Source: an uncultured Nitrososphaeraceae archaeon
GTDB lineage: Archaea > Thermoproteota > Nitrososphaeria > Nitrososphaerales > Nitrososphaeraceae
Length of the DNA: 64,000 nt
Direction of reading: 5' to 3'
Assembly: GCA_963837175.1 (NCBI GenBank)
Contig: CAWIMJ010000046.1
Span: forward strand, 64,001-128,000
Below are positions 24,207 to 34,394 of this stretch, piece after piece. How positions within the stretch are numbered: the first letter of the stretch is position 1; the number at the start of each line of letters is the position of its first letter. Below the pieces are notes generated by a model that made no database searches, was not told where the DNA came from, and saw only the letters and a list, made by a program, of their open reading frames with translations. A program made the position numbers and the translations under genes.

Positions 24207-24461
24207 TTTATACTACTCCATTTTATTTTGATTTATTGTAATTGATATCTTTGGGAACATAAACATTAATATCAATACATAGATATCTTTCAACACGCAA
24301 GTATAAAGTTTTAATCTTTCTTATATAACAAAGTAACTCACTTATCAGGAAACATACATCCATATATATCCTATAGATAACTTAATTTTTAGATCACTTT
24401 ATTATAGTCAGAAAATACTCAAATCTCTTTTGAGTATTTATAAAACTACATCATATGTATT

Positions 24462-25236
24462 GGCTGTGTTAACTTCAGCCATCACCTCCTTGTTGATAAT
24501 TAACGAAAAAATTAACCAATTTCTGATGTGTTCTAACATACACTTTGCTTATCTTCTACTACAAGGAAAGTAGTCATGATCAAAGCTTTCAGTTCTATCC
24601 TTTTGATGTACTGTATAATTCTTTCAATCATGCTTTTCTCATCATAAAAGGAGGAATGCAGATGATGAGGATGATGATGAATAATAATAATATGATTCGT
24701 ATTCAGGAATTTTCATGCTTGAGGATGACACCATGTACCACTACCATCATATCTGTAAAGACTGGATGCTTTCTATATTTCTTTACCAGATCTTTATAAA
24801 TGCCTCAACACTAAGCACAGTTCTCCCACTCAACGGAAATATGAATACCTATAGGGTACTTTATCTATTGAATCAATGATGATGTCTATTATCCAGAGCC
24901 AAGCATAGATATTGATTGCTTACTCCTAATAATGTTTCATCTATATTATAAATTCAGAAGATATTTTCCTTCTCTTTTGAAAAAATCTTCCTCGGATTTA
25001 CCGTTGAATCTCATTTCTTCCATATCAATACATGATTCTTCTTTTGATAAATTGATAAATTGTGATTAACTGCTGATGTGATGATGCTTTTCGTCTAATC
25101 GAAGGACATGAAAAATATAATCGTAATGCGTATATCATATGTATTTTTGGAGGAAGGTGATTTGTCTCTTTTATTATTATTAAGAGTAAGAGATGTAAGA
25201 CATTGCATCTAGGCTTAATGCTAAGTAAAAAGAGCC
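24462..25236 (-). mobile_element. Full-length but decayed IS6-family element
   Basis: Imperfect TIRs GGCTGTGTTAACTT and (reverse complement) GGCTCTTTTTACTT; ~775 bp; minus-strand fragments YALRLYFS, IDETL, EKSMIERIIQYIK, DRTESFD..YFPC. Confidence 0.85.
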
Positions 25237-25295
25237 GATAAAGTTTAGAAAATCATATGAGCTGAGATATTTTAGTTATGCTGTATAACAGTGCC

Positions 25296-25398
25296 GTAAA
25301 CGTTTACAAATCACTTGTAAACGCACTTGTAAACTACGCTGTTTTAGTCCGATCGCAATATCAAGTTATCATACAGAGTAGTTTGTAAACTATGTATG
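25296..25398. repeat. GTAAAC repeat and palindrome cluster
   Basis: GTAAACGTTTAC palindrome, CACTTGTAAAC x2, TAGTTTGTAAACTA hairpin. Confidence 0.6.
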
Positions 25399-25758
25399 TC
25401 AGAAAATATTACTAAGGATAGGAATCAATTTCAAAATATTTGAATTCAAAGTGACATATCCATATCATGTAACAATGTTTTCAAAGATAAAGAGATTATT
25501 TTATAATAAGATTGCAATAATATATGATACAAGCAGGAGATAACAAGCAAGAATATATGTGTGTTATGTACTAGATGTTCTTGCAGAATGAATTGCTTAT
25601 CCAATTTTGGTTAAAAGAAGAAAATTAACAATTAATACTATAAGTCAAGCATTATAAATGTAATATTTTTCAAAAAGTTTTAATTATGATATCCTTAGAC
25701 TTATTTACATACATATATTCGTAGGACTACATTAAGGTGCTTAATGTGATAACATACT

Positions 25759-25908
25759 TTAACCACCTCCTCCTCCTTTTCCACCGCCTGTTGATTCTAC
25801 ATCAAGGGATTCTAATTCTTCTTTTTCCTCTTCTTCTTCTTCTTCTTTCTTTAGCTTCATGTCTTTTTTAGTTGGGTTTCGATAATTGTTTTGGTTTTCT
25901 GATGACAT
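25759..25908 (-). CDS. Unannotated 49 aa acidic micro-protein with Gly-rich tail
   Basis: ATG..TAA frame: MSSENQNNYRNPTKKDMKLKKEEEEEEEKEELESLDVESTGGGKGGGGG. Confidence 0.55.
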   Translation of the reverse strand: MSSENQNNYRNPTKKDMKLKKEEEEEEEKEELESLDVESTGGGKGGGGG

Positions 25909-26099
25909 TGTAATAATCCATTATATTTTCTTGAATAATAATTGCTCGGAACCAATAATCCGATCAGTTACATTTACATGCTAAGTGAATATCATAATAC
26001 ATGTTTAGAACTAGTTTTATTGTCCTTAATATTGTTTAAAGTTTGACATTTTGGATGAATCTACTGATCCTTCCAGTTAGTTTTATTTAGTATTTTATT

Positions 26100-27719
26100 T
26101 TGCTCAGCTCTTTGTAGAAGTAGTTGATGATGTAGTAGACTTTGATGATGATCTTGTCATATCTGACGAAACGTTACTAGAAAGCCCGGGTATATTTGAT
26201 ATCCTTTTACCCTCATCAGTAGAAGTAGCTGCGAATTTAATTCATTAGTTCTTACTATATATTCTTCCCTCTGTCTATCACCTGTTTCATACCGAAGAAT
26301 TAATTCTCCTTCAACTGGACTCCTATTCTACAATTTCAGTATTAAAGGAGCAAATCCTGTGGCTACTAATTCTAAAATGATATTACCAATTCTTCACTAT
26401 AAAATAATGATGGCGATTGTTCAGAATCTCGATTAATCTTCATTCCATCTTTATCATCTATCTTGATTGAGTCGAGTTTTAAATGGGAAGTATTCGATTT
26501 TGGATTTAAAAGGCTATTCATTTTATCTGTTAGTAATTTACCAAGGAGCAGAATTTTAGGTATATCAGTAACTTGGAGAAATTCTTTTTGGAATAGATTT
26601 AGCCTGCGGATTTCCTTATCCTGTATATAATCAATTCCTAGGCACGTTTCCTTCAGATATCAACCTCTTATAAAAATCAGCATTTGCCGCGACATCAACG
26701 TTAGCATCATAATTATTCTGATTCCAATCAGTCAAATCATATTCGACCTTCAGGACTTTGTCATCTAGTTTTGAAGCATCATCAGCAAATATCAAAGAAA
26801 GTGTCTTGCCACTTATTAATTTTGAATAAGCAATAATCATCGACAGAAACGAATTCTGGTTCTTTTTCCACAGGAGACAGAGCATCATCACCACCAGACA
26901 CAAATCGAAATGACCTCTTCAATTTTTCAGATATTGTAGTTTTAAAGCCAACAGGTATTATTGTATCTTCTATACCAAGATCAGAAACTTTTCTTTTATG
27001 ATTCCAAAATTCTACAGAAGAATCATCAATTATAAATGAATAGGAAAGATAGGGGTCACGATCATCAATAGCAGTACCAGAAAACTTTACTGCATTTTCA
27101 ATCTGCAGTAGTATATTATTCGTGCAGGAAATTCTATGAGTTATCATCAGTCTGATCAAGAGAGACTTCTACAATATTCAATATATTTGATGTTAATGTG
27201 AATGGCATATTGAAATAATCTTTTGATAACTAGGATTGCAAAAGTATAGCAGCATTCTTATAGGAATCTGTTATTTTTGACTGAATATACTTCTTGTATT
27301 CTTCTGAATGTTTGGCATATTCTTTCGCACTATCCGTCAACTGATGGATCAATGCATTTTTTATTTGAAAAAATAAGTCGGTACCCGTTGGTGTAGGAAA
27401 TAATGGATTTATTATATCTTCATGATAATTCTTGTGAAAAGCATCCATTGATGTGTCGGTATAATTTTAAATTGTTTGATTTTTGCAATCATTTCGTTTT
27501 CTAATAATTCAGCATTATGCAATACAAAAAGTAATTTTTCAACATTCATGTGTATCTGAATAGTATTACTTGAAATAGAAACAAAATCCTTTAACATATT
27601 AATAAATTCTTATCCTCGTCAAATACAGTATAATCACCAAACAGGTATCTTCCACCTTTTTTTAAGGTATAATCGTTGTCATCCGTAATATAGATATTAT
27701 CACGATCTCTTTTAGTCAT
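26100..27719 (-). pseudogene. Large hypothetical protein gene, disrupted
   Basis: Consecutive co-oriented fragments from ATG 27719 (MTKRDRD...RYLFGDYTVF), joined by A-run indels and in-frame stops; 3' end approximate. Confidence 0.65.
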
Positions 27720-27763
27720 TATAGTTTATTGATTAGTGTATGTGATTTAAAGTATCTGATTTA

Positions 27764-27845
27764 TGCGCCTATTAAAAAACTCAGATGATGTATTCGGAAT
27801 TAACTTTGTATATCAACATATAATAAATTTTTCTTAGTAGGCGCA
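27764..27845. repeat. 82 bp element with imperfect terminal inverted repeats (MITE-like or stem-loop)
   Basis: TGCGCCTATTAAAAAA ... TTTTCTTAGTAGGCGCA. Confidence 0.6.
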
Positions 27846-28083
27846 CCTACAGGCTTTTCAATTTCATTATTTGGTGTTCTCACTTTCTTATTTTCTAGGG
27901 ATCAATAACATAATTACTTTCCAGTAGCCTACATAGAGAACCAGTCCCTCTGAAGATTTGTACCAGGGACTCTAACGCAGCAAACAAACCTGCTTTCAAT
28001 TAGCAGTAAATTTAGACATCTGTAGAGATTAGCATTAGAATAACTTCTTAAACACACAGATATATAACTATGATTAGTAGTAT

Positions 28084-28500
28084 ATGAGCATAAATTATGA
28101 GTTTCTGTATGCATTCAGTAAAGAACTTTTGAAGTTGGACAAAACTATCACATGGATTGGCATAGCAAACAATTTTGGTGTCCTTCTTAATGTAGAACAT
28201 AGGGAAGAATTATTACCACTTTTGACTGAAGAAGAAAATGAAGAATATGTCTCAAGTACCATAACGAGACATAAAACTAGGATAAAGTTTGAATCAAGAA
28301 TAGGGAAGCTTATTTATGCATTAGGTAAATATCAAAAACTTAACAGAGTTACAATCCCAATAAATGAAAATTATTACCTGCTTATAGCACTGGATACAGA
28401 AGTAAAAGATTTTGATAACACAATAATGGAAAAAATAATTCCACTTATAAAAAAAGAAAAACACAATTTTGGTAATTCTAATGCAATTGAACATAAGTAG
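28084..28500 (+). CDS. Roadblock/profilin-like small protein of the type expanded in Nitrososphaerales
   Basis: LKLDKTITWIGIANNFG, PLLTEEE, IGKLIY...YQKLNRVTIP pattern. Confidence 0.7.
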   Translation: MSINYEFLYAFSKELLKLDKTITWIGIANNFGVLLNVEHREELLPLLTEEENEEYVSSTITRHKTRIKFESRIGKLIYALGKYQKLNRVTIPINENYYLLIALDTEVKDFDNTIMEKIIPLIKKEKHNFGNSNAIEHK

Positions 28501-29425
28501 CAGAATAGATTGGCTCTGTCTGGCAATAATCTCTAGTTCTAAAAGGTTAGTAATTGAAGATTATACTATATACATTTTTTGCTGATATGTATTTGAGGAT
28601 TGTTATTACAAGGATCGTTTTTCTTCATTGATATAGGTTTGTCATCATTCGCCATCTTGTTGAGTTTGTATGAACATATTTTCTAAAAGTCTTTTTATAT
28701 TTGTATGCATAGATTTTATTCTTGTATTTACTGTATAACCCACAAAATTGGTAAGGATATTCTACAAAAGAAAAATATGCCAGTTTAACTTTTCTTTTTT
28801 TTACTTTGCTTCTCTTTCTGTTGCCCTCATGTTTGCCAGCTTTTGTTGCTATTGCCTTGAGTCGTCTTCTAGATACATCTATCTACTTTTATAATTGACT
28901 CATTTGTGCTTGAATGTTCCAGATTTACCGAAGCTGTTTATCTACATGTCTAATTGTTTCTGTAAAACTGAAATTATGTTGATCGCCTTTCCAATTTGAT
29001 CCGTCTGTTTTTTTATATGCGTACTTACATCAACTAATGTAATTTCCTTCTTAATAGTTCTTCTCTCTTCATGGTCATCCCATACCTTCTTTCTTTTTTT
29101 GTGTCATACAGCCTTTTATATTCATTTTGTCCATGCTGATGCTCTTTTTGTCGTGTATAAGTATGAACTTCCATAGATTTTTTAATTGCGTGCTCTTCTA
29201 TTTCTCGGTATCTATCCTTAATCTGGGACTTTAAATTCGACGTCTTCCGACACACCTTGAATAAAGAAGTAGAATTAAAATTAGTTATTATTAATTATCT
29301 AGAAATGTTATAAGCTATAAGATTACAGATAGTTAATAACATTATTACCTTATACTAATATTGGACTACAGAAGCTCTACAATATTGTTTAATATACAAT
29401 ATCAAAAAATAGTATAGGAATTTTT

Positions 29426-30772
29426 TCACATTATGCCCCTTATGAAGGTTCTATAGATGTATAGAGCATCTTCTTCGTCTTTTGCACCTACTATTGTTGC
29501 AGCACCGCTTGTCAGAAAACTTACAGACAATTTACTAGAATTGGTACTTTCCGCGGTTATTCCTAGGCTACCCCTAGTTTTAACCTGGTATCCGAGCAAT
29601 TCTGCATTTTCTATTATTTTCATCAGGTCGATTGGCAAAGATAGTTCGGATGGAGTAACAGTGTATGTTCTCTTGCCCATATCTCTTCCGCATAACTCTT
29701 CTATTAGCAATTGCTGTTGTGCAACTTTTACCGTATCCATCCTTTTTTTCGATCCACAGGAAGGACACTCTTCATGCCTAAACATTTGAACTTTCTCAAA
29801 TGAAAGTTCATTCAAGTCCATATAAAGAAGATTATTTACAAGCGCAGGTTTTTGGCCTGTAATTATCTTGACTGCCTCTGAGACTTGTATGCCGCCGACC
29901 AAATATAATATAGATGGATGTATACCCTCCGTACTACACGTAGGCATATCATCCTCCAATAACGCAGGAAACATACATCGCAGGCACGCAGATTTATTTG
30001 GCAATATAGTACACACGGAACCTAATGTGCCTAGGGCACCTGCATAGATAAATGGTATATTATGTTTTATACATGCGTCGTTTAGAGCATATCTGGCATC
30101 AATGCTGTCAAGTGCATCTATAACAACATCAAATCCTTCTACAAGACTCTCTGCTGTATATTTGGTAACGGAGATTGGAACTGCTTCAATTTCAACTGCA
30201 GTATTCATTTTTTTTAATCGTTGTGCAGCTGCTTCAACCTTGACTTTTCCAATATCGTCTTCTGCATAAAGGTGTTGCCTGTGTAAATTTGAAATTTCAA
30301 TAACATCTCTATCCACTATTCTTAGTTTACCAACTCCCATGGCGGTTAGTTGAGTGACAACAGGATTTCCAATCCCACCAACACCAACAACGCACATTTT
30401 TGCATTACGTAGTTTTTCCATTCCAATAAACCCAATCTCTTCAAGCATTATCTGTCTTGAGTACCGTTGCATATCATTACTTGTCAGCTCTGCTCCACCA
30501 GCCACTGCTGGTAGTATGTATATAGAATCACCATCAATAAGCGACATCGTCATACCATTGCTATTAAAGCGCATATTTTTGCCATTAATGTAAATGTTGA
30601 TCAGAGCACGTGGCTTGCCATTAAGATCAAACACCTTAAGTTTAAAGTCCTCCCCCATCTGATTGGAAACTTTGTTAAATGCATCTTGCAAATCACTGGA
30701 TTCTAACAAAATTTTTTTCTCTCCTAAACCTTTATTTAATACTGAGGGTATCACGAATTCAACTTTGGCCAT
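29426..30772 (-). CDS. Ubiquitin-like (MoaD/ThiS/SAMP) domain fused to ThiF/MoeB E1-like adenylyltransferase
   Basis: Beta-grasp domain ending ILPAVAGG, then RYSRQ, GVGGIG, SNLHRQ, CxxC...CxxC. Confidence 0.92.
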   Translation of the reverse strand: MAKVEFVIPSVLNKGLGEKKILLESSDLQDAFNKVSNQMGEDFKLKVFDLNGKPRALINIYINGKNMRFNSNGMTMSLIDGDSIYILPAVAGGAELTSNDMQRYSRQIMLEEIGFIGMEKLRNAKMCVVGVGGIGNPVVTQLTAMGVGKLRIVDRDVIEISNLHRQHLYAEDDIGKVKVEAAAQRLKKMNTAVEIEAVPISVTKYTAESLVEGFDVVIDALDSIDARYALNDACIKHNIPFIYAGALGTLGSVCTILPNKSACLRCMFPALLEDDMPTCSTEGIHPSILYLVGGIQVSEAVKIITGQKPALVNNLLYMDLNELSFEKVQMFRHEECPSCGSKKRMDTVKVAQQQLLIEELCGRDMGKRTYTVTPSELSLPIDLMKIIENAELLGYQVKTRGSLGITAESTNSSKLSVSFLTSGAATIVGAKDEEDALYIYRTFIRGIM

Positions 30773-30799
30773 TTCTGTGTTATCACCATTTTTACATGA

Positions 30800-32023
30800 T
30801 CATCTAATCATTGCTGAAACTATTTGTACGTCTGGTTTTACAGTGTTAAATTTTGGAAGTACATCTATAATTGACTCGGTAGCCTTAAGTCCGTTACCTG
30901 TGATATAGCAAACTACTTTTTCATCTTTGTCTATTTTACATTCTTCAATCAACTTTCGAAGTACCGCTACACATACTCCACCTGCAGGTTCTGTGAATAT
31001 ACCTTCTGTTTTAGCAAGCATTAGTATTCCATCAACAATTTCTTCATCTGTAGCTTCTTCTGCGAGTCCATTATATTGGTTCAATCTTTTCAGAACATAT
31101 GGTCCATCACCAGGGTCACCTATTGCAAGACTTTTTGCAATTGTCTTAGGCCTTTCTACGGGAACAACTTCAATTTTTTTCTTAAAGGCTTCGACCACTG
31201 GAGCACATCCATGAGGTTGTGCAGCCGTTATCTTTAGGTTTGCTAGACTATCAACTAAACCAAGATCAAGCAGCTCTTCAAATCCTTTGCAAATTGCATT
31301 TAACATTGCTCCACTTCCAACCGGAATTATTAGATTGTCAGGAACCTCCCAATTTAGCTGCTCGGCTACCTCATAGGCAAGTGTCTTCGAGCCTTCAACA
31401 TAATATGGTCGCATATTAATATTGACTATACCAATGCCTTTAGAGTCTCCTATTACAGATGCAACCCTATTTGCATCGTCATAAGTTCCGTCTACTGCTA
31501 CGAATTCAGCTCCGTATGATAGTGCTTGCGCTATCTTTACCTTTTCAATGTCAGATGGTGAAAAAATATAACAAGGCAATTCTGCTTTTGCAGCATGGGC
31601 GGCAGTTGCAGAGGCTAGATTACCTGTAGACGCACAACCCACGGCTTTTAATTTGGTTTCTTTGGCTCTCGAAACAGCTACGCCAGCAGGCCTATCCTTA
31701 AAAGAAAATGTTGGATTTACAGAATCGTTTTTAATAAATAAGTTTTTCATCCCGCCTATTTGTTTACCAAGTCCGCTTGCTTTTTGTAACGGAGTGAAAC
31801 CAGCACTTAGATCTACAATATTGCTTTTATTAGCAATAGGTAACAGTTCAAAATATCGCCAATATGTTTTCACATCCCTTGAGGAAAAAGTTGTCCTCTT
31901 TAGATTGAAAGAAAAGTTGTAAATGACATCAAGTGGACCAAAACATTCTTCACATATGTATCTAAATTGTGGAGCATATTCTTTTCCACACTCTCTGCAT
32001 TTTAGTGATTGTATACTACCCAT
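30800..32023 (-). CDS. thrC: Threonine synthase family PLP enzyme
   Basis: N-terminal zinc ribbon, NPTFSFKDR, ASTGN, PVGSG, TGNGLK. Confidence 0.9.
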   Translation of the reverse strand: MGSIQSLKCRECGKEYAPQFRYICEECFGPLDVIYNFSFNLKRTTFSSRDVKTYWRYFELLPIANKSNIVDLSAGFTPLQKASGLGKQIGGMKNLFIKNDSVNPTFSFKDRPAGVAVSRAKETKLKAVGCASTGNLASATAAHAAKAELPCYIFSPSDIEKVKIAQALSYGAEFVAVDGTYDDANRVASVIGDSKGIGIVNINMRPYYVEGSKTLAYEVAEQLNWEVPDNLIIPVGSGAMLNAICKGFEELLDLGLVDSLANLKITAAQPHGCAPVVEAFKKKIEVVPVERPKTIAKSLAIGDPGDGPYVLKRLNQYNGLAEEATDEEIVDGILMLAKTEGIFTEPAGGVCVAVLRKLIEECKIDKDEKVVCYITGNGLKATESIIDVLPKFNTVKPDVQIVSAMIR

Positions 32024-32194
32024 ACTTTTGACTATCCTCTATCTTGGATTGTAATAGATAAGTTTCTCTAAGAGCAATTTTAGTATTACTATATTTTTTT
32101 TACCAAAATAATTATAATCATTAAAATTAATTTTTATGATAATTACTGTTAACATCTTTTAATATCAAAAATATAAAAAATTCATGAATAATTT

Positions 32195-32521
32195 TCAATT
32201 TTTTTGTTTTTCTAGAAGATTATGAAAACATGAACGATTGCCCGTATGACATGCAGGAGTTTGTGATTCTACCAAGTAAAGCAAAGCATCTGAGTCGCAG
32301 TCTACTAATATTTTTTTTACATATTGAATATGCCCGGACTCTTCACCTTTCATCCACAGTTTGTTATGTGATGTACTCCAGAACCAAGCATTTCCTGTTT
32401 TAATAGTATTATTAAGCGCTTCCTCATTAGCATATGCAAGCATAAGTATATCTTTTGTTTTTTGATCTTGAACTACTACAGGAAGCAATCCATTTCTTTT
32501 TGGGAAATCAATATCTGACAC
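32195..32521 (-). CDS. hisI: Phosphoribosyl-AMP cyclohydrolase
   Basis: LWMKGEESG, DCDSD, ACHTGNRSCF. Confidence 0.95.
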   Translation of the reverse strand: MSDIDFPKRNGLLPVVVQDQKTKDILMLAYANEEALNNTIKTGNAWFWSTSHNKLWMKGEESGHIQYVKKILVDCDSDALLYLVESQTPACHTGNRSCFHNLLEKQKN

Positions 32522-33342
32522 GATTTGATATTCATATTCCGATCTCTGTGTCTTCTGTTATAATTAAGGTAACATAAATCAATTGTTCATACAGTACGAT
32601 AAGTGGCTGTTATTTTTGCTTGTCGAGGAATAGATTTAACAGACTAAGAAATTTATTGTTCCATCCGCACACATCCCTTATAAGTAATTTCCTCCCTCTA
32701 TAAATGGAATATAGCGTAGAGCAAAGCCTTTTAAGAATTCCTTTTTTCTTTGTTATATACTACAACGTCACTATGCCTGTTCTCGAATCAACTTTGTGTT
32801 GGACGCCCAAGCTCTCAGCAGACCCATGGTAACCAATCTCGCCTTAACTATTTTAGTATCTCTATTAAATCGACAAACAGCTATATTTAAAAATTCTATT
32901 AAATTCGAATTAAATATATTTCCACATTTAAGTTCACATAATTTCTAATAGGATCATTTAATAATTAATCAATAGCTTATCATCTATGACAGTTAAAATA
33001 CTAGCACCATTGAATCTTCTAATGAAATTCAGATCGTTTGGGAGAAACTATCAAAGAATATTAGATAATAGACCCATATATAACAAATGCATTGACATCG
33101 ATACATGTTTGAAGGTATGATAAGAGAAGCTAAAGATTATAGTATCATAATAATTGAAGGTTTAGTAAATGCTATTGATTGTATCGGCTTCAATGTATCT
33201 CAGATTTAAGTTCAGCTAAGATAATAATATAATATGATATGTATTTCAATTTTGAAGTCAAAAGCATGCTGAGTTTGCAGTATTAGTTAAAAACTTGTCT
33301 GAGACTGGAAGCTCCCTGTTCTATTAGTCAATTCGTAGATAT

Positions 33343-33789
33343 TCAGGACAGATCCACTGCAAAACGTAATGATCGGTAGCGTTTATAGTCGTCAAGTAAG
33401 ATCTTTGCTAAATGCCTGGTAATATCAGATACACTTAGTAATCCTGTAATTCTATTATCTTCTTCTAAAACTGCGAGTCGCTTGATTTTGTTCCTTGTCA
33501 TTATCCTACAAGCCAACTCTACAGAATCGTATGACATTATTGTTATGAGTGGAGATGACATAATTTCTTCTACTTCGATTCTGCCTGCTGGAACATTTTT
33601 CAAGCATACCCGCTTTACCATATCGCGTTCAGTAATAATACCAAGAGGTTGACTTTTTTTGTCTACTACAATTATGGAACCTACCTTCTTCTTGGCCATC
33701 AGATTTGCAATATCTTGCGCCGTTTTACCTAATCCCGGGATTATTGTAACGACTTCTTTTTCCGACATTATTTCACTGACGGAGCTCAC
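33343..33789 (-). CDS. CBS-domain pair protein
   Basis: VGSIIVVD..PLGIITERD, IMSSPLIT, IKRLAV..GLLSVSD. Confidence 0.9.
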   Translation of the reverse strand: MSSVSEIMSEKEVVTIIPGLGKTAQDIANLMAKKKVGSIIVVDKKSQPLGIITERDMVKRVCLKNVPAGRIEVEEIMSSPLITIMSYDSVELACRIMTRNKIKRLAVLEEDNRITGLLSVSDITRHLAKILLDDYKRYRSLRFAVDLS

Positions 33790-33992
33790 GTTTACTTCAT
33801 TACCATGATCCTTTTTTTAGTTATTCCCATACATTAAACAATTTATCCACTAATAAATTTCACCGAACAATACTTATTATAACCTTTTTATCCTATCTCG
33901 TAGGAAGATTACTTTTCTTGGCCATAAAATTTGGATTTACCATAGAGAAAATATGAAATAACAATGCACTGGCGATATAGAATTTTTTAATA

Positions 33993-34394
33993 CTATTCTT
34001 GTCGTTTAGCTTTTATTTTGGATGTCCTCTTCCTGATTTCTTGCTTTACTCCTTTAGATCCTTTCTGTAATCTTTCCCTCAACTTTGGAGCCTTCTCAGC
34101 CATATCGTAAGTTGTATTTTTTGCTACCCGTAATGTCCCATGTGCCACCATTGTTTCTTCCATAGTAATTGCTGTATCGTTTATTATGCCACGTTCTTTC
34201 AAATCCTTCGGTACTTCATTAATCTCTTTTGCAGTAATATGTGCTGTTAAAGTAGCTTCATGAACTGTCTGTATAAATTCGTCAATTGCACCGCTGTGGC
34301 GAAGTGTTTTTACAGTCTCCCTTATTTTAGCGGATGTTTCACGAATACCTTTGGCAATATTCCTGATAGATTCTGCAGTTTGGTCGGGAGTCAT
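33993..34394 (-). CDS. Hypothetical amphipathic helical protein
   Basis: Ala/Thr/Lys/Glu-rich helical repeats; start chosen at MTPDQ. Confidence 0.55.
   Translation of the reverse strand: MTPDQTAESIRNIAKGIRETSAKIRETVKTLRHSGAIDEFIQTVHEATLTAHITAKEINEVPKDLKERGIINDTAITMEETMVAHGTLRVAKNTTYDMAEKAPKLRERLQKGSKGVKQEIRKRTSKIKAKRQE

Noticed and set aside
24545-24799. 84 aa plus-strand ORF with Met/Asn runs
   Set aside because: Antisense shadow of the IS6 remnant and its microsatellite.
25296-25398. Possible mini CRISPR array
   Set aside because: Repeats are only 6-11 bp with no regular spacers, and no cas genes are present.
28790-29255. Lys/Glu-rich minus-strand fragments (73 aa ORF)
   Set aside because: Probably a decayed coiled-coil gene; no family could be supported.
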